Shown here: piece after piece, positions 1 to 10,842 of the stretch | Layout of the letters: each line of letters starts with the position of its first letter | Position numbering within the stretch: position 1 is the stretch's first letter | Source of the DNA: an uncultured Gammaproteobacteria bacterium | GTDB taxonomy: Bacteria; Patescibacteriota; Microgenomatia; Levybacterales; GWA1-39-11 | NCBI GenBank assembly: GCA_964394645.1 | Contig: CAYMYC010000001.1 | Coordinates: 117,299 to 181,298 of the forward strand | DNA: 64,000 nucleotides | Direction of reading: 5' to 3' | Made by a program: the position numbers and the translations under genes | The notes under the pieces: generated by a model | Told to the model about the DNA's origin: nothing | The model's database searches: none | Seen by the model: the letters and a program-made list of their open reading frames with translations, nothing else

Positions 1-3000
1 AAAAAAGGACTTACTTATTTTTCACCATTAGTGGTAGAGGCAAGTCTTCTTAATAAGAAAACAGGAAAACGGGTAAAACAGGATGTATTTTTAGGTGAAG
101 TGCCTAAAATGACTGATCGAGGAACATTTATTGTAAATGGTATTGAGCGTGTTATCGTGAATCAAATTGTTCGTTCGCCTGGGGTATTTTTTACAGCTGC
201 GGAAGATCCGATTACTGGTCGTACTCTTTATACTGCTGAATTAAGACCAGTTCATGGGTCTTGGTTAGAATTTTCGACTACCAGAAATGACATGATTGTT
301 GTCAGAATTGATCGTCGAAAGAAATTTCTTGCATCAGTTTTTCTGAAATCACTTGGTCTTGAAGGTACAGAAAATATTTACAAAAAATTTGAAGAAATTC
401 CAGGAGCTGAGAAATTTATCAAAAATACTTTAGGAAAAGACGAGACAAAAGGAGAGACAGATGCGCTTATTGAAATATTTAAGAAGATGAATCCCGGAGA
501 GCCTGTTGTTATTGATACTATTAGGCAGAATTTTAGGGATTTGTTCTTTGATAGAAGGCGTTATGATCTTTCAAAGGTTGGAAGATATAAGATAAACAAA
601 AAACTTCATAATATTACCAATTTCGTATCCTCTGATGCGTTAACCTTAACAATGGATGATATAGTAGGAATAATTTCATACTTAATCGGTCTTGCGGAAG
701 GTCGTGGTAAGGTAGATGATATTGATCATCTTTCAAACCGAAGAGTAAGAAGTGTTGGCGAGTTGGTGCAAACTACTGCTTTTAGAGTTGGGGCTCTTCG
801 TCTCGAAAGAATTATTAAGGAAAAAATGAGCCTTGCCTCAACCGAAGAACAGTTTTCTCCTTCACACTTTATAAATGCACACCCAATTATTGCAGCAATC
901 AACGAATTTTTTAGAACCTCCCAGTTGTCAGCTATTTTAGATCAAACTAATCCTCTTGCTGAAATTGATAATCTTCGTCGTCTTACTGTTATGGGTACGG
1001 GTGGAATTTCTCGTGAGCGAGCATCGTTTTCTATCCGAGATATAAATGCTTCTCAGTATTCAAGGATTTGTCCAGTTAGATCCCCTGAGGGTCCTAATAT
1101 TGGTCTTGTTACATATCTTGCCCTATACACACAGGTAAATGAATTTGGTTTTCTTGAGGCTCCATACAAAAAGCTTATAAAAGAAAAGAGAGGACAAAAA
1201 ACACGTATAAAGGTAAGTGATGAAGTTGTTTATATGGATGCAGATGAAGAGTCAGATCATTATATTACGCACGCAGATATAGCTATTGATGAAGACGGAT
1301 ATATAAAGGAGGAAATCGTTCCTGCAAGAATAAACGGAGAATACCTTGAAGTTGAGGCAGAAAAGATTGAGTTTATTGATGTTGTGCCACGTCAGGTTGT
1401 TGGAACAAGCGCTTCGCTTATTCCATTCATTGATCATGATGAGGCAAATCGTGCACTGATGGGTACGCACATGCAGTGTCAAGCTGTTCCGTTAGTTAAA
1501 ACTGAAAGCCCAGTTGTTGGAACCGGCATGGAGGCATCTGTTTCTTCTGCGATGAGTCGTGTAGTTAAGGCACCATATGACGGTACAGTGACTTTCGTTG
1601 ATGCAAGTAAGCTTGTTTTGAAGGGAAAGGCACGTGGAGAAGAAGAAACATATCTCATTGATAAATTTAAAAGAACTGCACAGAACACATTTTTCTCTCA
1701 GCGCCCAGTTGTTCCTGTCGGAACTGAGGTTAAAAAGGGAGACGTTTTGATAGATGGACCAGCTTCAGACATGGGGGAGCTTGCATTGGGTAAAAATCTA
1801 CTCATTGCATACGCGTCTTTTGACGGACTTGGGTATGAGGATGGAATTGTTATTTCAGATAGATTAGTAAAAGATGATTCACTAACATCTATTCATATTG
1901 AGAAATATGAGGCTACTGTTGTAGATACAAAGCTTGGACCAGAAGAGACAACCCGTGATATTCCAAATGTTGCAGAAGAAGATCTTGCATATCTTGATGA
2001 CGAAGGTGTGGTTGTTGTAGGTTCAGAGGTGAGCCCAGGCGATATATTGGTCGGAAAGATTGCGCCTAAAGGTGAAACAGAACTTACAGCTGAAGAGAGA
2101 TTATTACGAGCAATATTTGGTGAGAAAGCTCGCGAGGTTAGAGATACCTCACTGAGAATGCCTCATGGAGAGCATGGAATTGTTATAAATGTCCAAGTGC
2201 TTGATCGCGAAAAAGGTGATGAGTTGGAGCCAGGTACAATTAGAAAAATATTGATAGAAGTTGCTCAGATGAGGCATGTTGTAGTCGGAGACAAATTAGC
2301 GGGTCGTCATGGGAATAAAGGTGTTATTTCAAAAATTGTTCCTCAGTCTGATATGCCTTACTTAGAGGATGGTACGCCTATAGATATTATAATTTCTCCT
2401 ATTTCTGTTCTTTCACGTATGAATCTGGGTCAGTTATTAGAATCTCATATAGGATGGGCAGCTCAAAGGCTTAACATGAAAATAGGTATGCCTGCTTTTG
2501 AAAAACAACCTGAGGATCGTTTGTTTAGTCTTATGAAAGAAGCTGGACTTCCTGTTAGCGGTAAAGTAAAATTGTTTGATGCGCGTACAGGAGATCAGTA
2601 CGAGAACGAAGTTGTCGTAGGGATAGGATACATCATGAAACTGATTCATATGGTTGAGGATAAGGCGCATGCCCGTTCGACTGGACCATATTCATTGGTT
2701 ACTCAACAGCCTTTGGGTGGAAAAGCTCAAATGGGAGGACAGCGTTTAGGAGAGATGGAAGTTTGGGCACTTGAAGCACATCGTGCTGCATACACTCTTC
2801 AGGAGATGTTAACAACAAAATCAGATGATGTTGCAGGTCGAGCAAAGGCATTTGAGGCGATAATTAAGGGTGTTGATATTCCTACGCCTAAAGTGCCAGA
2901 ATCCTTTAAGGTCCTTATCCGTGAACTTGAGTCATTAGGTATGATGATTCAACCAACTGAAGCAGTTGTTGCTGTAGAGCAGGAAGAAACAGAAGAAGAG

Positions 3001-3165
3001 TTAAAAGAGGAAGAAAAGACAATAAAAGAAGCAGCTGATTTGGCTGAGGCTACAGAATCACTTGAGGTAGATGTTGCATCCGCTGATGACGCGATAGTAA
3101 AAGATGTTGCAACTTCTGAATCTGAAGAAAATCTTGAGGCTGCAGACATAAAGGAGTCTAACTAA
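1..3165 (+). CDS. rpoB: DNA-directed RNA polymerase subunit beta (5' partial; frame open back to nt 1)
   Basis: 1044-aa ORF with RpoB motifs (for example GDKLAGRHGNKGVIS and NLGQLLE). No in-frame stop between nt 1 and the first GTG at 31, so the N-terminus lies outside the window. Carries an unusual ~120-aa acidic Glu/Asp-rich C-terminal tail. Confidence 0.95.
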   Translation, partial: KKGLTYFSPLVVEASLLNKKTGKRVKQDVFLGEVPKMTDRGTFIVNGIERVIVNQIVRSPGVFFTAAEDPITGRTLYTAELRPVHGSWLEFSTTRNDMIVVRIDRRKKFLASVFLKSLGLEGTENIYKKFEEIPGAEKFIKNTLGKDETKGETDALIEIFKKMNPGEPVVIDTIRQNFRDLFFDRRRYDLSKVGRYKINKKLHNITNFVSSDALTLTMDDIVGIISYLIGLAEGRGKVDDIDHLSNRRVRSVGELVQTTAFRVGALRLERIIKEKMSLASTEEQFSPSHFINAHPIIAAINEFFRTSQLSAILDQTNPLAEIDNLRRLTVMGTGGISRERASFSIRDINASQYSRICPVRSPEGPNIGLVTYLALYTQVNEFGFLEAPYKKLIKEKRGQKTRIKVSDEVVYMDADEESDHYITHADIAIDEDGYIKEEIVPARINGEYLEVEAEKIEFIDVVPRQVVGTSASLIPFIDHDEANRALMGTHMQCQAVPLVKTESPVVGTGMEASVSSAMSRVVKAPYDGTVTFVDASKLVLKGKARGEEETYLIDKFKRTAQNTFFSQRPVVPVGTEVKKGDVLIDGPASDMGELALGKNLLIAYASFDGLGYEDGIVISDRLVKDDSLTSIHIEKYEATVVDTKLGPEETTRDIPNVAEEDLAYLDDEGVVVVGSEVSPGDILVGKIAPKGETELTAEERLLRAIFGEKAREVRDTSLRMPHGEHGIVINVQVLDREKGDELEPGTIRKILIEVAQMRHVVVGDKLAGRHGNKGVISKIVPQSDMPYLEDGTPIDIIISPISVLSRMNLGQLLESHIGWAAQRLNMKIGMPAFEKQPEDRLFSLMKEAGLPVSGKVKLFDARTGDQYENEVVVGIGYIMKLIHMVEDKAHARSTGPYSLVTQQPLGGKAQMGGQRLGEMEVWALEAHRAAYTLQEMLTTKSDDVAGRAKAFEAIIKGVDIPTPKVPESFKVLIRELESLGMMIQPTEAVVAVEQEETEEELKEEEKTIKEAADLAEATESLEVDVASADDAIVKDVATSESEENLEAADIKESN

Positions 3166-3166
3166 T

Positions 3167-6100
3167 ATGGATAATAATTTAGCTAAAAAAAGACAAAATA
3201 GAAAATTTGACGCAATTAATATATCAGACTTTAAGGGTCTTAAAATTTTAGTTGCAGATCCAACCACCATAAAAGATCTTTCATATGGTGAGGTAACAAA
3301 ACCGGAAACGATTAACTATAGAACTTATCGACCTGAAAAAGACGGATTGTTTGATGAGAGAATTTTCGGTCCTACGAAAGATTTTGAATGTTATTGTGGA
3401 AAATATAAAAGAATACGCTACAAAGGAATTGTTTGTGATAGGTGTGGGGTTGAGGTAACTTATTCTCGTGTGAGACGAGAACGTATGGGGCATATTTCAC
3501 TCGCAACACCTGTGGTGCATGTATGGTTTTCTAAAGGAACTCCTTCTAAGCTATCTACGTTATTAGATATTTCTCAGAAAGAGCTTGAGTCAGTTGTATA
3601 TTTTGCTTCATACCTAGTCGTTGAGCTTGATGAAGAAAAGAGAAAGGAAGCACAAAAGGTATTGGCGGAATTAAAGAGCAAGAGAATTGAAAAAATAAAA
3701 GAACAAGTTGAGGAAGAAAGAGAAAAATTAGCACAAGAAGAAGCGGATAAGTTGAAGGAGATTGAAGCAACTCTTTCAGAAGAGCAAAAAAAATTAGTTC
3801 TTGAGGAAACTAGAGTAAGCTTCAGACAGAAAAACATAGCTTTAGATAAAAGACTTGAGACAGAAAGCGCAAGAACTGAAGAGATTCTTACTCGCGTATC
3901 AGATATTGTTAAAAGTCTAAAACTTTGGAATGTGTTGTCTGAAGAAGAATATGTACGCCTAATTGAATACGATATCCCACTGTTTTTCGAGGTTTCAACG
4001 GGTGCACAAGCAGTACTTGCTGCCATTGAGTCAGTCGACACGCAAAAGCTTGTGGGTGAGCTTCGTGAGGAAGTTAAAAAATCATCTGGTCAAAAGCAAT
4101 TAAAATTGCTAAAAAGACTGCACCTTATCGAGTCAATCAATAAGGCAGGATTCAAGCCGGATTCGCTAATCTTGAGAATTCTTCCAGTTCTTCCACCAGA
4201 TCTTCGACCAATGGTTCAACTTAATGGTGGACGATTCGCAACATCAGATCTAAACGATCTTTACAGGCGCGTTATTAATAGAAATAACAGACTAAAGCAT
4301 CTTATTTCATTGGGTGCCCCTGAAATTATTTTAAGAAATGAGAAGCGAATGCTTCAGGAGGCAGTCGACTATCTAATTGATACCTCAATTAGGACTTCTA
4401 CCACCCAAAGACAATTCAAATCGCTATCTGATATTCTTCGCGGAAAGCAAGGGAGATTTAGAAAAAACCTTTTGGGTAAGCGTGTAGATTACTCTGGTCG
4501 TTCAGTTATTATAGTAGGTCCAGAGTTAACATTAAATCAATGTGGTCTTCCAAAGGAAATGGCGCTTGAGCTTTTTAAGCCATTTGTTATTCGCGAGGTT
4601 ATCACGCGTGGATTAACAACTCCAAATGCAAAAGCTGCAAAACGATTCATTGAGAAACGCCCCCCAGAGGTATTTGATATTTTAGAAGAAATAACTAAAA
4701 ATCACCCTGTGCTTTTAAATCGTGCTCCAACTCTTCACAAGTTAGGAATTCAGGCATTTTATCCTGTTTTAGTTGAAGGATCGGCTATAAGAATTCATCC
4801 ATGTGTTTGTGCAGGATATAATGCTGACTTTGATGGAGATCAAATGGCTATTCACGTTCCATTATCTTCTCGTGCGCAAGAGGAGGCAATTAAGCTTATG
4901 ATGCCTGAGCACAATTTACTTAAACCAGCAGATGGATCTCCAATCACGCTTCCAAATAAAGAAATGGCACTTGGAGTATTCTATTTTACCTCAGTGGACG
5001 AACGGTTAAGACGTGAAGTTCTTCCTCATTTTGTTGATGAGCAGGAAGCATTTTTTGCATTTTCTCTTAAGAAAATTGCACTTCGTGAGCCTATTATGGT
5101 CAGAATTAAAGGGAAACTAATAGATACAAGTATAGGAAGAATTTTATTTAATGAAAAACTTCCAGAAAAGATGCGATATGTAAACACGGAAGTAAAAGCA
5201 TCAACAATTAAGGAATTGGTAACTCGTGCGATGGTTGAGTTAACTGAGGCAGAGGTTGGAAAGTTAATTGATAGCATTAAAGAGATTGGATTTTATTCTG
5301 CGACAATTTCAGGTATTTCTGTTTCTACATTTGATCTTAAAATGCTTGATAACAAGAATCAACTCATTTTAGATGCTGAAAAGAAAGTTATGGACATAGA
5401 AAACGAATATCAGCAGGGATTAATTACTCTTTCCGAGCAAAAAAGATTAATGAATAATGTTTGGCTTGAGGCAACTGAAAAAATAGCAAATCTTACATGG
5501 GAGCTTTTTGATAAAAATGATATGGTAAGAATTATTGCTGAATCAGGTGGAGCCCGTGCTGGGAAGGACCAAATTAAACAGCTTGCGGCTATGCGTGGAC
5601 TTATCTATGATCCGCTTGGTCGTATCGTTGAACTTCCAATTAAATCTAATTTCCGCGAAGGTTTGTCAATTTTTGAATACGTAAACTCTGCGCGTGGATC
5701 AAGAAAAGGTCTTACCGATTCAGCATTAAAAACAGCAGATGCTGGATATCTAACTCGTCGGTTAGTTGATGTGGCTCATGATGTAATTATTCGTGAAATG
5801 GATTGTGGCACAACGGAGGGTATGCCTGTTGACATGAAGTTGCGTGAAAACACAGCGTATATGACCAATATGCTTCTAGGAAGAACGGTAATGCATGATG
5901 TCAGAAAAGGTAAAAATATATACGTTAAGAAGGACGATCAAATAGACCATGATACATTGCCGCAAATTTTAACTGATGAAGTCACGGAAACTATAACAGT
6001 AAGGTCTCCCCTCTATTGTAGATTAAAATATGGTCTTTGCGCCCTTTGTTACGGATGGGATATGAGTTCATATAAACTTGCGGATATGGGTACACCAGTT

Positions 6101-6943
6101 GGAGTTATTGCAGCACAGTCTATTGGTGAGCCAGGTACACAGCTTACCATGCGCGTTAAACATTTTGGTGGAGTTGTTATGTCTGATGTTACGCAAGGAC
6201 TTCCACGTGTTGAGGAATTATTTGAGGTAAGAAGACCAAAGAATCTTGCCCCGGTTGCAGAAATTACTGGTAAGGTTCAGGTAAACAAGGTTGATGACGG
6301 GTTCATAATCCGCGTAAGAAATGCAAAAGTGAAACCAGTTGAAGAACGTGAATATTTTGTTCCGCTTACCGCAAGCTTATTAGTTACTGAAGGTGAAGAG
6401 GTAGTAGCAGGTACAAGGCTTTGTGAGGGGTACCTAGATCCAAGAGACGTGCTGAAGGTATCAGGACTTCAAAAAGCTCAAGATTACTTAATTGCTGAAG
6501 TTCAGAACGTGTATGAATCTCAAGGAATTTCAATTCACTATAAACATTTTGAGACAATAACACGTAAGATGTCTGATAAGGTAATGGTTGAGACACCAGG
6601 GGATACTGCTCTCCTTCCAGGAGATTTGGTAAGTAAATTACGGTTTGAGGAAGAAAATGCAAATGTTATTGCCGAAGGAGGAGAGCCGGCATCTGCGCGA
6701 GAAATCATTCTTGGAATTACGAAGGCAGCTTTAGTAACAGACTCATGGCTTTCTGCATCTTCATTCCAAGAAACAACCCAGGTATTAACTGACGCTGCGT
6801 TAGAGGGTAAAGAGGATAACCTTATAGGACTTAAAGAGAATGTTATTGTTGGACGTCTAATACCGGTTCGTGAAGACTTTATGGAAGGTAATACCGCAAT
6901 AATAAATGCTGAAAAGCCTCAGATGGAAACACCACAGGCATAA
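3167..6943 (+). CDS. rpoC: DNA-directed RNA polymerase subunit beta'
   Basis: 1258 aa with Zn-finger CxxC..CxxC near the N-terminus and NADFDGD catalytic motif. Starts 1 nt after the rpoB stop. Has a lineage-specific coiled-coil insertion (EEEREKLAQEE...). Confidence 0.95.
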   Translation: MDNNLAKKRQNRKFDAINISDFKGLKILVADPTTIKDLSYGEVTKPETINYRTYRPEKDGLFDERIFGPTKDFECYCGKYKRIRYKGIVCDRCGVEVTYSRVRRERMGHISLATPVVHVWFSKGTPSKLSTLLDISQKELESVVYFASYLVVELDEEKRKEAQKVLAELKSKRIEKIKEQVEEEREKLAQEEADKLKEIEATLSEEQKKLVLEETRVSFRQKNIALDKRLETESARTEEILTRVSDIVKSLKLWNVLSEEEYVRLIEYDIPLFFEVSTGAQAVLAAIESVDTQKLVGELREEVKKSSGQKQLKLLKRLHLIESINKAGFKPDSLILRILPVLPPDLRPMVQLNGGRFATSDLNDLYRRVINRNNRLKHLISLGAPEIILRNEKRMLQEAVDYLIDTSIRTSTTQRQFKSLSDILRGKQGRFRKNLLGKRVDYSGRSVIIVGPELTLNQCGLPKEMALELFKPFVIREVITRGLTTPNAKAAKRFIEKRPPEVFDILEEITKNHPVLLNRAPTLHKLGIQAFYPVLVEGSAIRIHPCVCAGYNADFDGDQMAIHVPLSSRAQEEAIKLMMPEHNLLKPADGSPITLPNKEMALGVFYFTSVDERLRREVLPHFVDEQEAFFAFSLKKIALREPIMVRIKGKLIDTSIGRILFNEKLPEKMRYVNTEVKASTIKELVTRAMVELTEAEVGKLIDSIKEIGFYSATISGISVSTFDLKMLDNKNQLILDAEKKVMDIENEYQQGLITLSEQKRLMNNVWLEATEKIANLTWELFDKNDMVRIIAESGGARAGKDQIKQLAAMRGLIYDPLGRIVELPIKSNFREGLSIFEYVNSARGSRKGLTDSALKTADAGYLTRRLVDVAHDVIIREMDCGTTEGMPVDMKLRENTAYMTNMLLGRTVMHDVRKGKNIYVKKDDQIDHDTLPQILTDEVTETITVRSPLYCRLKYGLCALCYGWDMSSYKLADMGTPVGVIAAQSIGEPGTQLTMRVKHFGGVVMSDVTQGLPRVEELFEVRRPKNLAPVAEITGKVQVNKVDDGFIIRVRNAKVKPVEEREYFVPLTASLLVTEGEEVVAGTRLCEGYLDPRDVLKVSGLQKAQDYLIAEVQNVYESQGISIHYKHFETITRKMSDKVMVETPGDTALLPGDLVSKLRFEEENANVIAEGGEPASAREIILGITKAALVTDSWLSASSFQETTQVLTDAALEGKEDNLIGLKENVIVGRLIPVREDFMEGNTAIINAEKPQMETPQA

Positions 6944-7032
6944 CTTTGATAGTAGAGCTCATATTTCAAACTCCAATATCAACTTGTGGCGCTAGTAATT
7001 CGAGGCAAAATATTGTAAAATAGGAACTTAAT

Positions 7033-7458
7033 ATGCCTACATTAAATCAATTAGTCAAAAAAGGGCGTTTAAAAAAAGGTAAAAAGGTGAAAGCAACTGG
7101 TTTGCGAACTACATTTAATGCAAGAACCAGAACGTATGGAAAACTTTCATCTCCTCAAAAACGTGGCGTGGTAACTCTCGTTAAAACAATGACTCCTAAG
7201 AAGCCAAATTCAGCTCTTCGTAAGGTTGCACGTATTAAACTCTCTAACCGTGAAGAAGTAACAGCATATATTCAGGGCATTGGACATAATCTAGCCGAAC
7301 ATGGGATAGTTTTGGTTCGTGGAGGAAGAGTTAAAGATTTACCTGGAGTAAAATATCATTTAGTGCGTGGTAAATTTGACTTAGCTGGTGTTGAGGGTAG
7401 AAAATCATCCCGTTCTAAGTATGGGGCAAAAAATTCAGGAGGAGGAGCTGCTGCTTAG
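7033..7458 (+). CDS. rpsL: 30S ribosomal protein S12
   Basis: [12 protein letters not shown]..., conserved S12 core [11 protein letters not shown] with a short Gly/Ala C-terminal tail. Confidence 0.93.
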   Translation: MPTLNQLVKKGRLKKGKKVKATGLRTTFNARTRTYGKLSSPQKRGVVTLVKTMTPKKPNSALRKVARIKLSNREEVTAYIQGIGHNLAEHGIVLVRGGRVKDLPGVKYHLVRGKFDLAGVEGRKSSRSKYGAKNSGGGAAA

Positions 7459-7475
7459 TTGCAGACTATTAAATT

Positions 7476-7955
7476 ATGAGAGGTGCACATGTTACTAAAA
7501 AAAGAAAAATAGAGCCGGATCCAGTTTATAATAATTTATTGTTGGCTAAATTTATAAATCGACTTATGCGTCATGGAAAAAAGACTGTGGCTCAAGGGGT
7601 CGTATACGATACTTTAGACTTCATGAAAGAAAAGGGAGAAGCTGATCCTATTGCCGCGTTTGAGAAAGCAATTGATACAGTTTCACCAAAAGTTGAGGTT
7701 AAGGCAAGAAGAATTGGTGGCGCAGCTTATCAGGTTCCTACAGAAGTACGTGGTCCAAGGCGAATTTCCCTTGCTATCCGTTGGATATTAGAAGCAGCAA
7801 ATAAGCGTTCTACATCAGATTATAAAAAGTTTTCAGAAAAATTGGCAGCAGAGATAATGGATGTTAATAAGAATACGGGAGAAGCCGTAAGAAGGCGAGA
7901 TGTAGCTCATAAGATGGCAGAAGCAAACAGAGCGTTTAGTCATTTCCGCTTTTAA
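7476..7955 (+). CDS. rpsG: 30S ribosomal protein S7
   Basis: 159 aa; S7 signatures (NKLMRHGKK-like, EVRGPRR); immediately downstream of rpsL. Confidence 0.93.
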   Translation: MRGAHVTKKRKIEPDPVYNNLLLAKFINRLMRHGKKTVAQGVVYDTLDFMKEKGEADPIAAFEKAIDTVSPKVEVKARRIGGAAYQVPTEVRGPRRISLAIRWILEAANKRSTSDYKKFSEKLAAEIMDVNKNTGEAVRRRDVAHKMAEANRAFSHFRF

Positions 7956-8206
7956 AGCGCAGTAATATTTTTTAAGGTTTTGGGTAGCTGCAGGAAGCTT
8001 CTTTTTTCCACTTCAGATTCCCCCTATAAGAATTAACGTTTTTAGTATGTGAATTTTTAGTAAAAGATTATTAAGAAAAATATAAGCAAGAAGTACGTCA
8101 CCCTAAATAACATTAATAGGTTAATTCAGTAGTATAAACAAGTAATTATTAGTGCATAAAACAATTTTAGTTTGATATTTAATTTTGATAGGAATATAGT
8201 TACATT

Positions 8207-8869
8207 ATGGAAAACATAATATGGTTTGGACATGCTTCTTTTTTATTTACTGATAGAGCTTCAGGAGGGAAAGCATATTACATTGACCCCTTTCAATTGC
8301 CAAAAAATAAGGATATTCCCATGGCAGATGTAATTTTTATTACGCACGCACATTACGACCATTTTTCTATTCAGGATATAGAGCGAATATTAAAAGATGA
8401 AACTGTTGTAGTTGCAACGCCTGATTGTCTTGACGTTCTTGGTATAAGGCTGGAAAAAATTCCTGTAGAACCTAGTAGGGCATATAGTATAAAAAATTTT
8501 CATTTTGAAACAATTCCAGCATATAATCTGAGACCAGATAGGATTTCTTTTCATCCTCAAAAAAACAAGTGGGTAGGATATGTCTTTGAGTTAAATGGGC
8601 AATTAGTTTATCATGCAGGAGACACTGATTTTATTCCTGAAATGAGAGAGCTTGCGGAGAGACACTTGGACCTGACCCTGCTTCCCATGGGAGGAATATA
8701 TACTATGGACGTGCATGAGATGATCGCAGCCGTAAAAGTAATTAAGCCAAAAAAGATAATTCCCATGCACTACAAGATATTGTTGGGTGAAGTTTCATAT
8801 AAGGTAGAACAAGAAGTACTAGCGGAATTAAATAATTCAAAAGTAGTAATTTTAGATGAGCTAAAGTAA
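8207..8869 (+). CDS. MBL-fold metallo-hydrolase
   Basis: HxHxDH motif (ITHAHYDHFS) near the N-terminus; 220 aa; inserted between rpsG and fusA. Confidence 0.7.
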   Translation: MENIIWFGHASFLFTDRASGGKAYYIDPFQLPKNKDIPMADVIFITHAHYDHFSIQDIERILKDETVVVATPDCLDVLGIRLEKIPVEPSRAYSIKNFHFETIPAYNLRPDRISFHPQKNKWVGYVFELNGQLVYHAGDTDFIPEMRELAERHLDLTLLPMGGIYTMDVHEMIAAVKVIKPKKIIPMHYKILLGEVSYKVEQEVLAELNNSKVVILDELK

Positions 8870-9505
8870 TTATTCGACAGTAATAGACGTTATCTTATCT
8901 CCTGCTACCATTTTGCGCACCACATCCATTCCTTCTGTGACCTTTCCGAAAATAGTGTAATTATGAGGTAATTGTTCATTGTCTTGCCACATTATAAAAA
9001 ATTGTGAGCCATTTGTATTGGGTCCAGAATTTGCCATAGCCAATACTCCTTCCTTGTACCCCTCTTTGTAAGAAGGGGTTTCTGGGTTGAGTTCGTCTTC
9101 AAATGGCTTTCCATATATTGAATATCCGCCGGTTCCATTTCCGCTTGGATCTCCGCCTTGAATTACGAATCCAGGTTCAACTCTATGAAATGTTAAACCG
9201 TCATAAAATTTATTTTTCGCGAGTGTAGCAAAATTAGTTGCAGCTTTCGGTGCGTCTTGTGGGTAAAGAATTAATCGAATAACGCCTTTGGCGGTAGTAA
9301 TTGTTGCAGTAGTTGCTGTAATTGGTGTAAATGTTGGCATAGGTGCTGATTGCTTTACTGTTGGTATTATAACTGATTGAGGAGCTGTTGCATCCAGAAT
9401 ATTTGTCTCAGGTGTGTTTCCCTTCTCCCCGCGGTTTGTTGCAAAAATAAGTACTCCTAATCCTAGAACAATTATTATAACAAAGGCTATAAGAGTACGA
9501 TTCAT
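8870..9505 (-). CDS. Membrane-anchored cyclophilin-type peptidyl-prolyl cis-trans isomerase
   Basis: N-terminal TM helix then cyclophilin core (FHRVEPGFVIQGGDP, GSQFFI, MANSGPNTNGSQFF). Confidence 0.85.
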   Translation of the reverse strand: MNRTLIAFVIIIVLGLGVLIFATNRGEKGNTPETNILDATAPQSVIIPTVKQSAPMPTFTPITATTATITTAKGVIRLILYPQDAPKAATNFATLAKNKFYDGLTFHRVEPGFVIQGGDPSGNGTGGYSIYGKPFEDELNPETPSYKEGYKEGVLAMANSGPNTNGSQFFIMWQDNEQLPHNYTIFGKVTEGMDVVRKMVAGDKITSITVE

Positions 9506-9592
9506 ATATCAGTAAATTGTATCAAAAAGATTAAAAAGAACAAGTGACACTTTATCCTTGTCTGATATGGCTGGCTTGAATACGTTAAGGTA

Positions 9593-10702
9593 TTAAAGTT
9601 CAGTAAGTTTTTTTGAGGACTTTGTAAGGGAAATAATTTCTTTCCCGTTAAACAATACAGTATCTTCTATTCGTACGCCTCCAAAATTACTAATATAAAC
9701 CCCGGGCTCAATGGTAAAAGGAATGTTAGGGGTGAGTAAGTCGTTATATCCAGGAGATATGTGTGGTAATTCATGAACCTCAAGTCCCACCCCATGTCCT
9801 ACAGAGTGAGGTACTGATGGGTAGCCTTGAGATAGGATATAATTCCGGGAAGTCATATCTATGATTTCACCACTAAGCTTCTGAGTAGGTTCTCTTATTT
9901 GCAGTTCTAAAGCTTTTTCTTGTCCGATAAGTACTGTGTCATATATTTTTTGGAATTTTTTTGGTGCTTTTCCTATAAAAAATGTTCGGGTCATATCAGC
10001 ACAATATCCATTTACTTTTGCTCCAAAATCAAGCAGAATAATGCTTTTTCCCCCAAGCTTTTTATTACTTGTTTTATGGTGTGGTATTGCTGAGTTTTCT
10101 GAAAAGGCAACAATTGTTGGAAATGCGAGTTCTCCTCCTGATTCACGAATATATTTTTCAATTTCCCAAGCTATTTCTTTTTCGCTTTGACCTATTCTTA
10201 TTGTCTTGAGAATATGAGAATAGGTGTTATCTGTTAATGCGCATGCAGCTAGTAAATCTTGCAGTTCTTCTGTATCTTTGGTTTGTCTTATGAATTCAAT
10301 AATATCCTCTGTTAATATCAGCCTTACATTTTTCAGTTTTTTGAAATATTTGTACTCTGAATATGTTAAATTTTCTTCAAATCCAATTATTTTCAGCTTT
10401 TCACGGATTAGTATTTCCTGAATTTGTGGAATAAGTCTTTTCTCTGTTCCAAATTCTATGACCGTTGGGTTTTGTTTAGTGTAAGATATAGCTTCAACGC
10501 TTTTTCTAGCACCTTCATATAGTCTTGGATCGGCAAATATATAGAGATTTGTATTTGTTAATAATGCAAAACCTTCCCGTTCGTTAGCGCTAAAGCCATT
10601 AAAGCCTGTGAGGTAATTGATATTATAGGAAGATGAGATAAGCAGAGCATCAAGTTTTTCAGTCTCTAAAATGCGACGTGCTTGTTCTGTCCTATTTTTC
10701 AT
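9593..10702 (-). CDS. M24 family Xaa-Pro aminopeptidase (PepP-like)
   Basis: Creatinase N-domain plus M24 pita-bread motifs (HGVGLEVHE, D..GYCADMTRT). Start chosen at MKNRTEQ (10702) rather than the upstream ORF-track Met. Confidence 0.8.
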   Translation of the reverse strand: MKNRTEQARRILETEKLDALLISSSYNINYLTGFNGFSANEREGFALLTNTNLYIFADPRLYEGARKSVEAISYTKQNPTVIEFGTEKRLIPQIQEILIREKLKIIGFEENLTYSEYKYFKKLKNVRLILTEDIIEFIRQTKDTEELQDLLAACALTDNTYSHILKTIRIGQSEKEIAWEIEKYIRESGGELAFPTIVAFSENSAIPHHKTSNKKLGGKSIILLDFGAKVNGYCADMTRTFFIGKAPKKFQKIYDTVLIGQEKALELQIREPTQKLSGEIIDMTSRNYILSQGYPSVPHSVGHGVGLEVHELPHISPGYNDLLTPNIPFTIEPGVYISNFGGVRIEDTVLFNGKEIISLTKSSKKLTEL

Positions 10703-10795
10703 TCTGCAATTGTACCACATGGATCTTGACTTTTATAAAATTGGGTAAGGCTAATTGTTTACAAATACTTCTGACTTTGTTATACTTATCTTAGT

Positions 10796-10825
10796 TCGAG
10801 AGGCAGACTCTCGAATTATTTTTTT
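10796..10825 (+). terminator. Intrinsic-terminator-like hairpin in the fusA leader
   Basis: TCGAGAG-gcaga-CTCTCGA stem followed by ATTATTTTTTT; lies 18 nt upstream of the fusA ATG. Confidence 0.4.
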
Positions 10826-10842
10826 AAGAAAAACTAAATAAT

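Noticed and set aside
3574-4041. 155-aa minus-strand ORF inside rpoC (and similar antisense ORFs at 1252-1482, 1479-1688, 2437-2670, 5026-5277, 6384-6662)
   Set aside because: Low-complexity Ser/Leu-rich translations lying entirely antisense to strongly conserved RNA polymerase genes; shadow ORFs.
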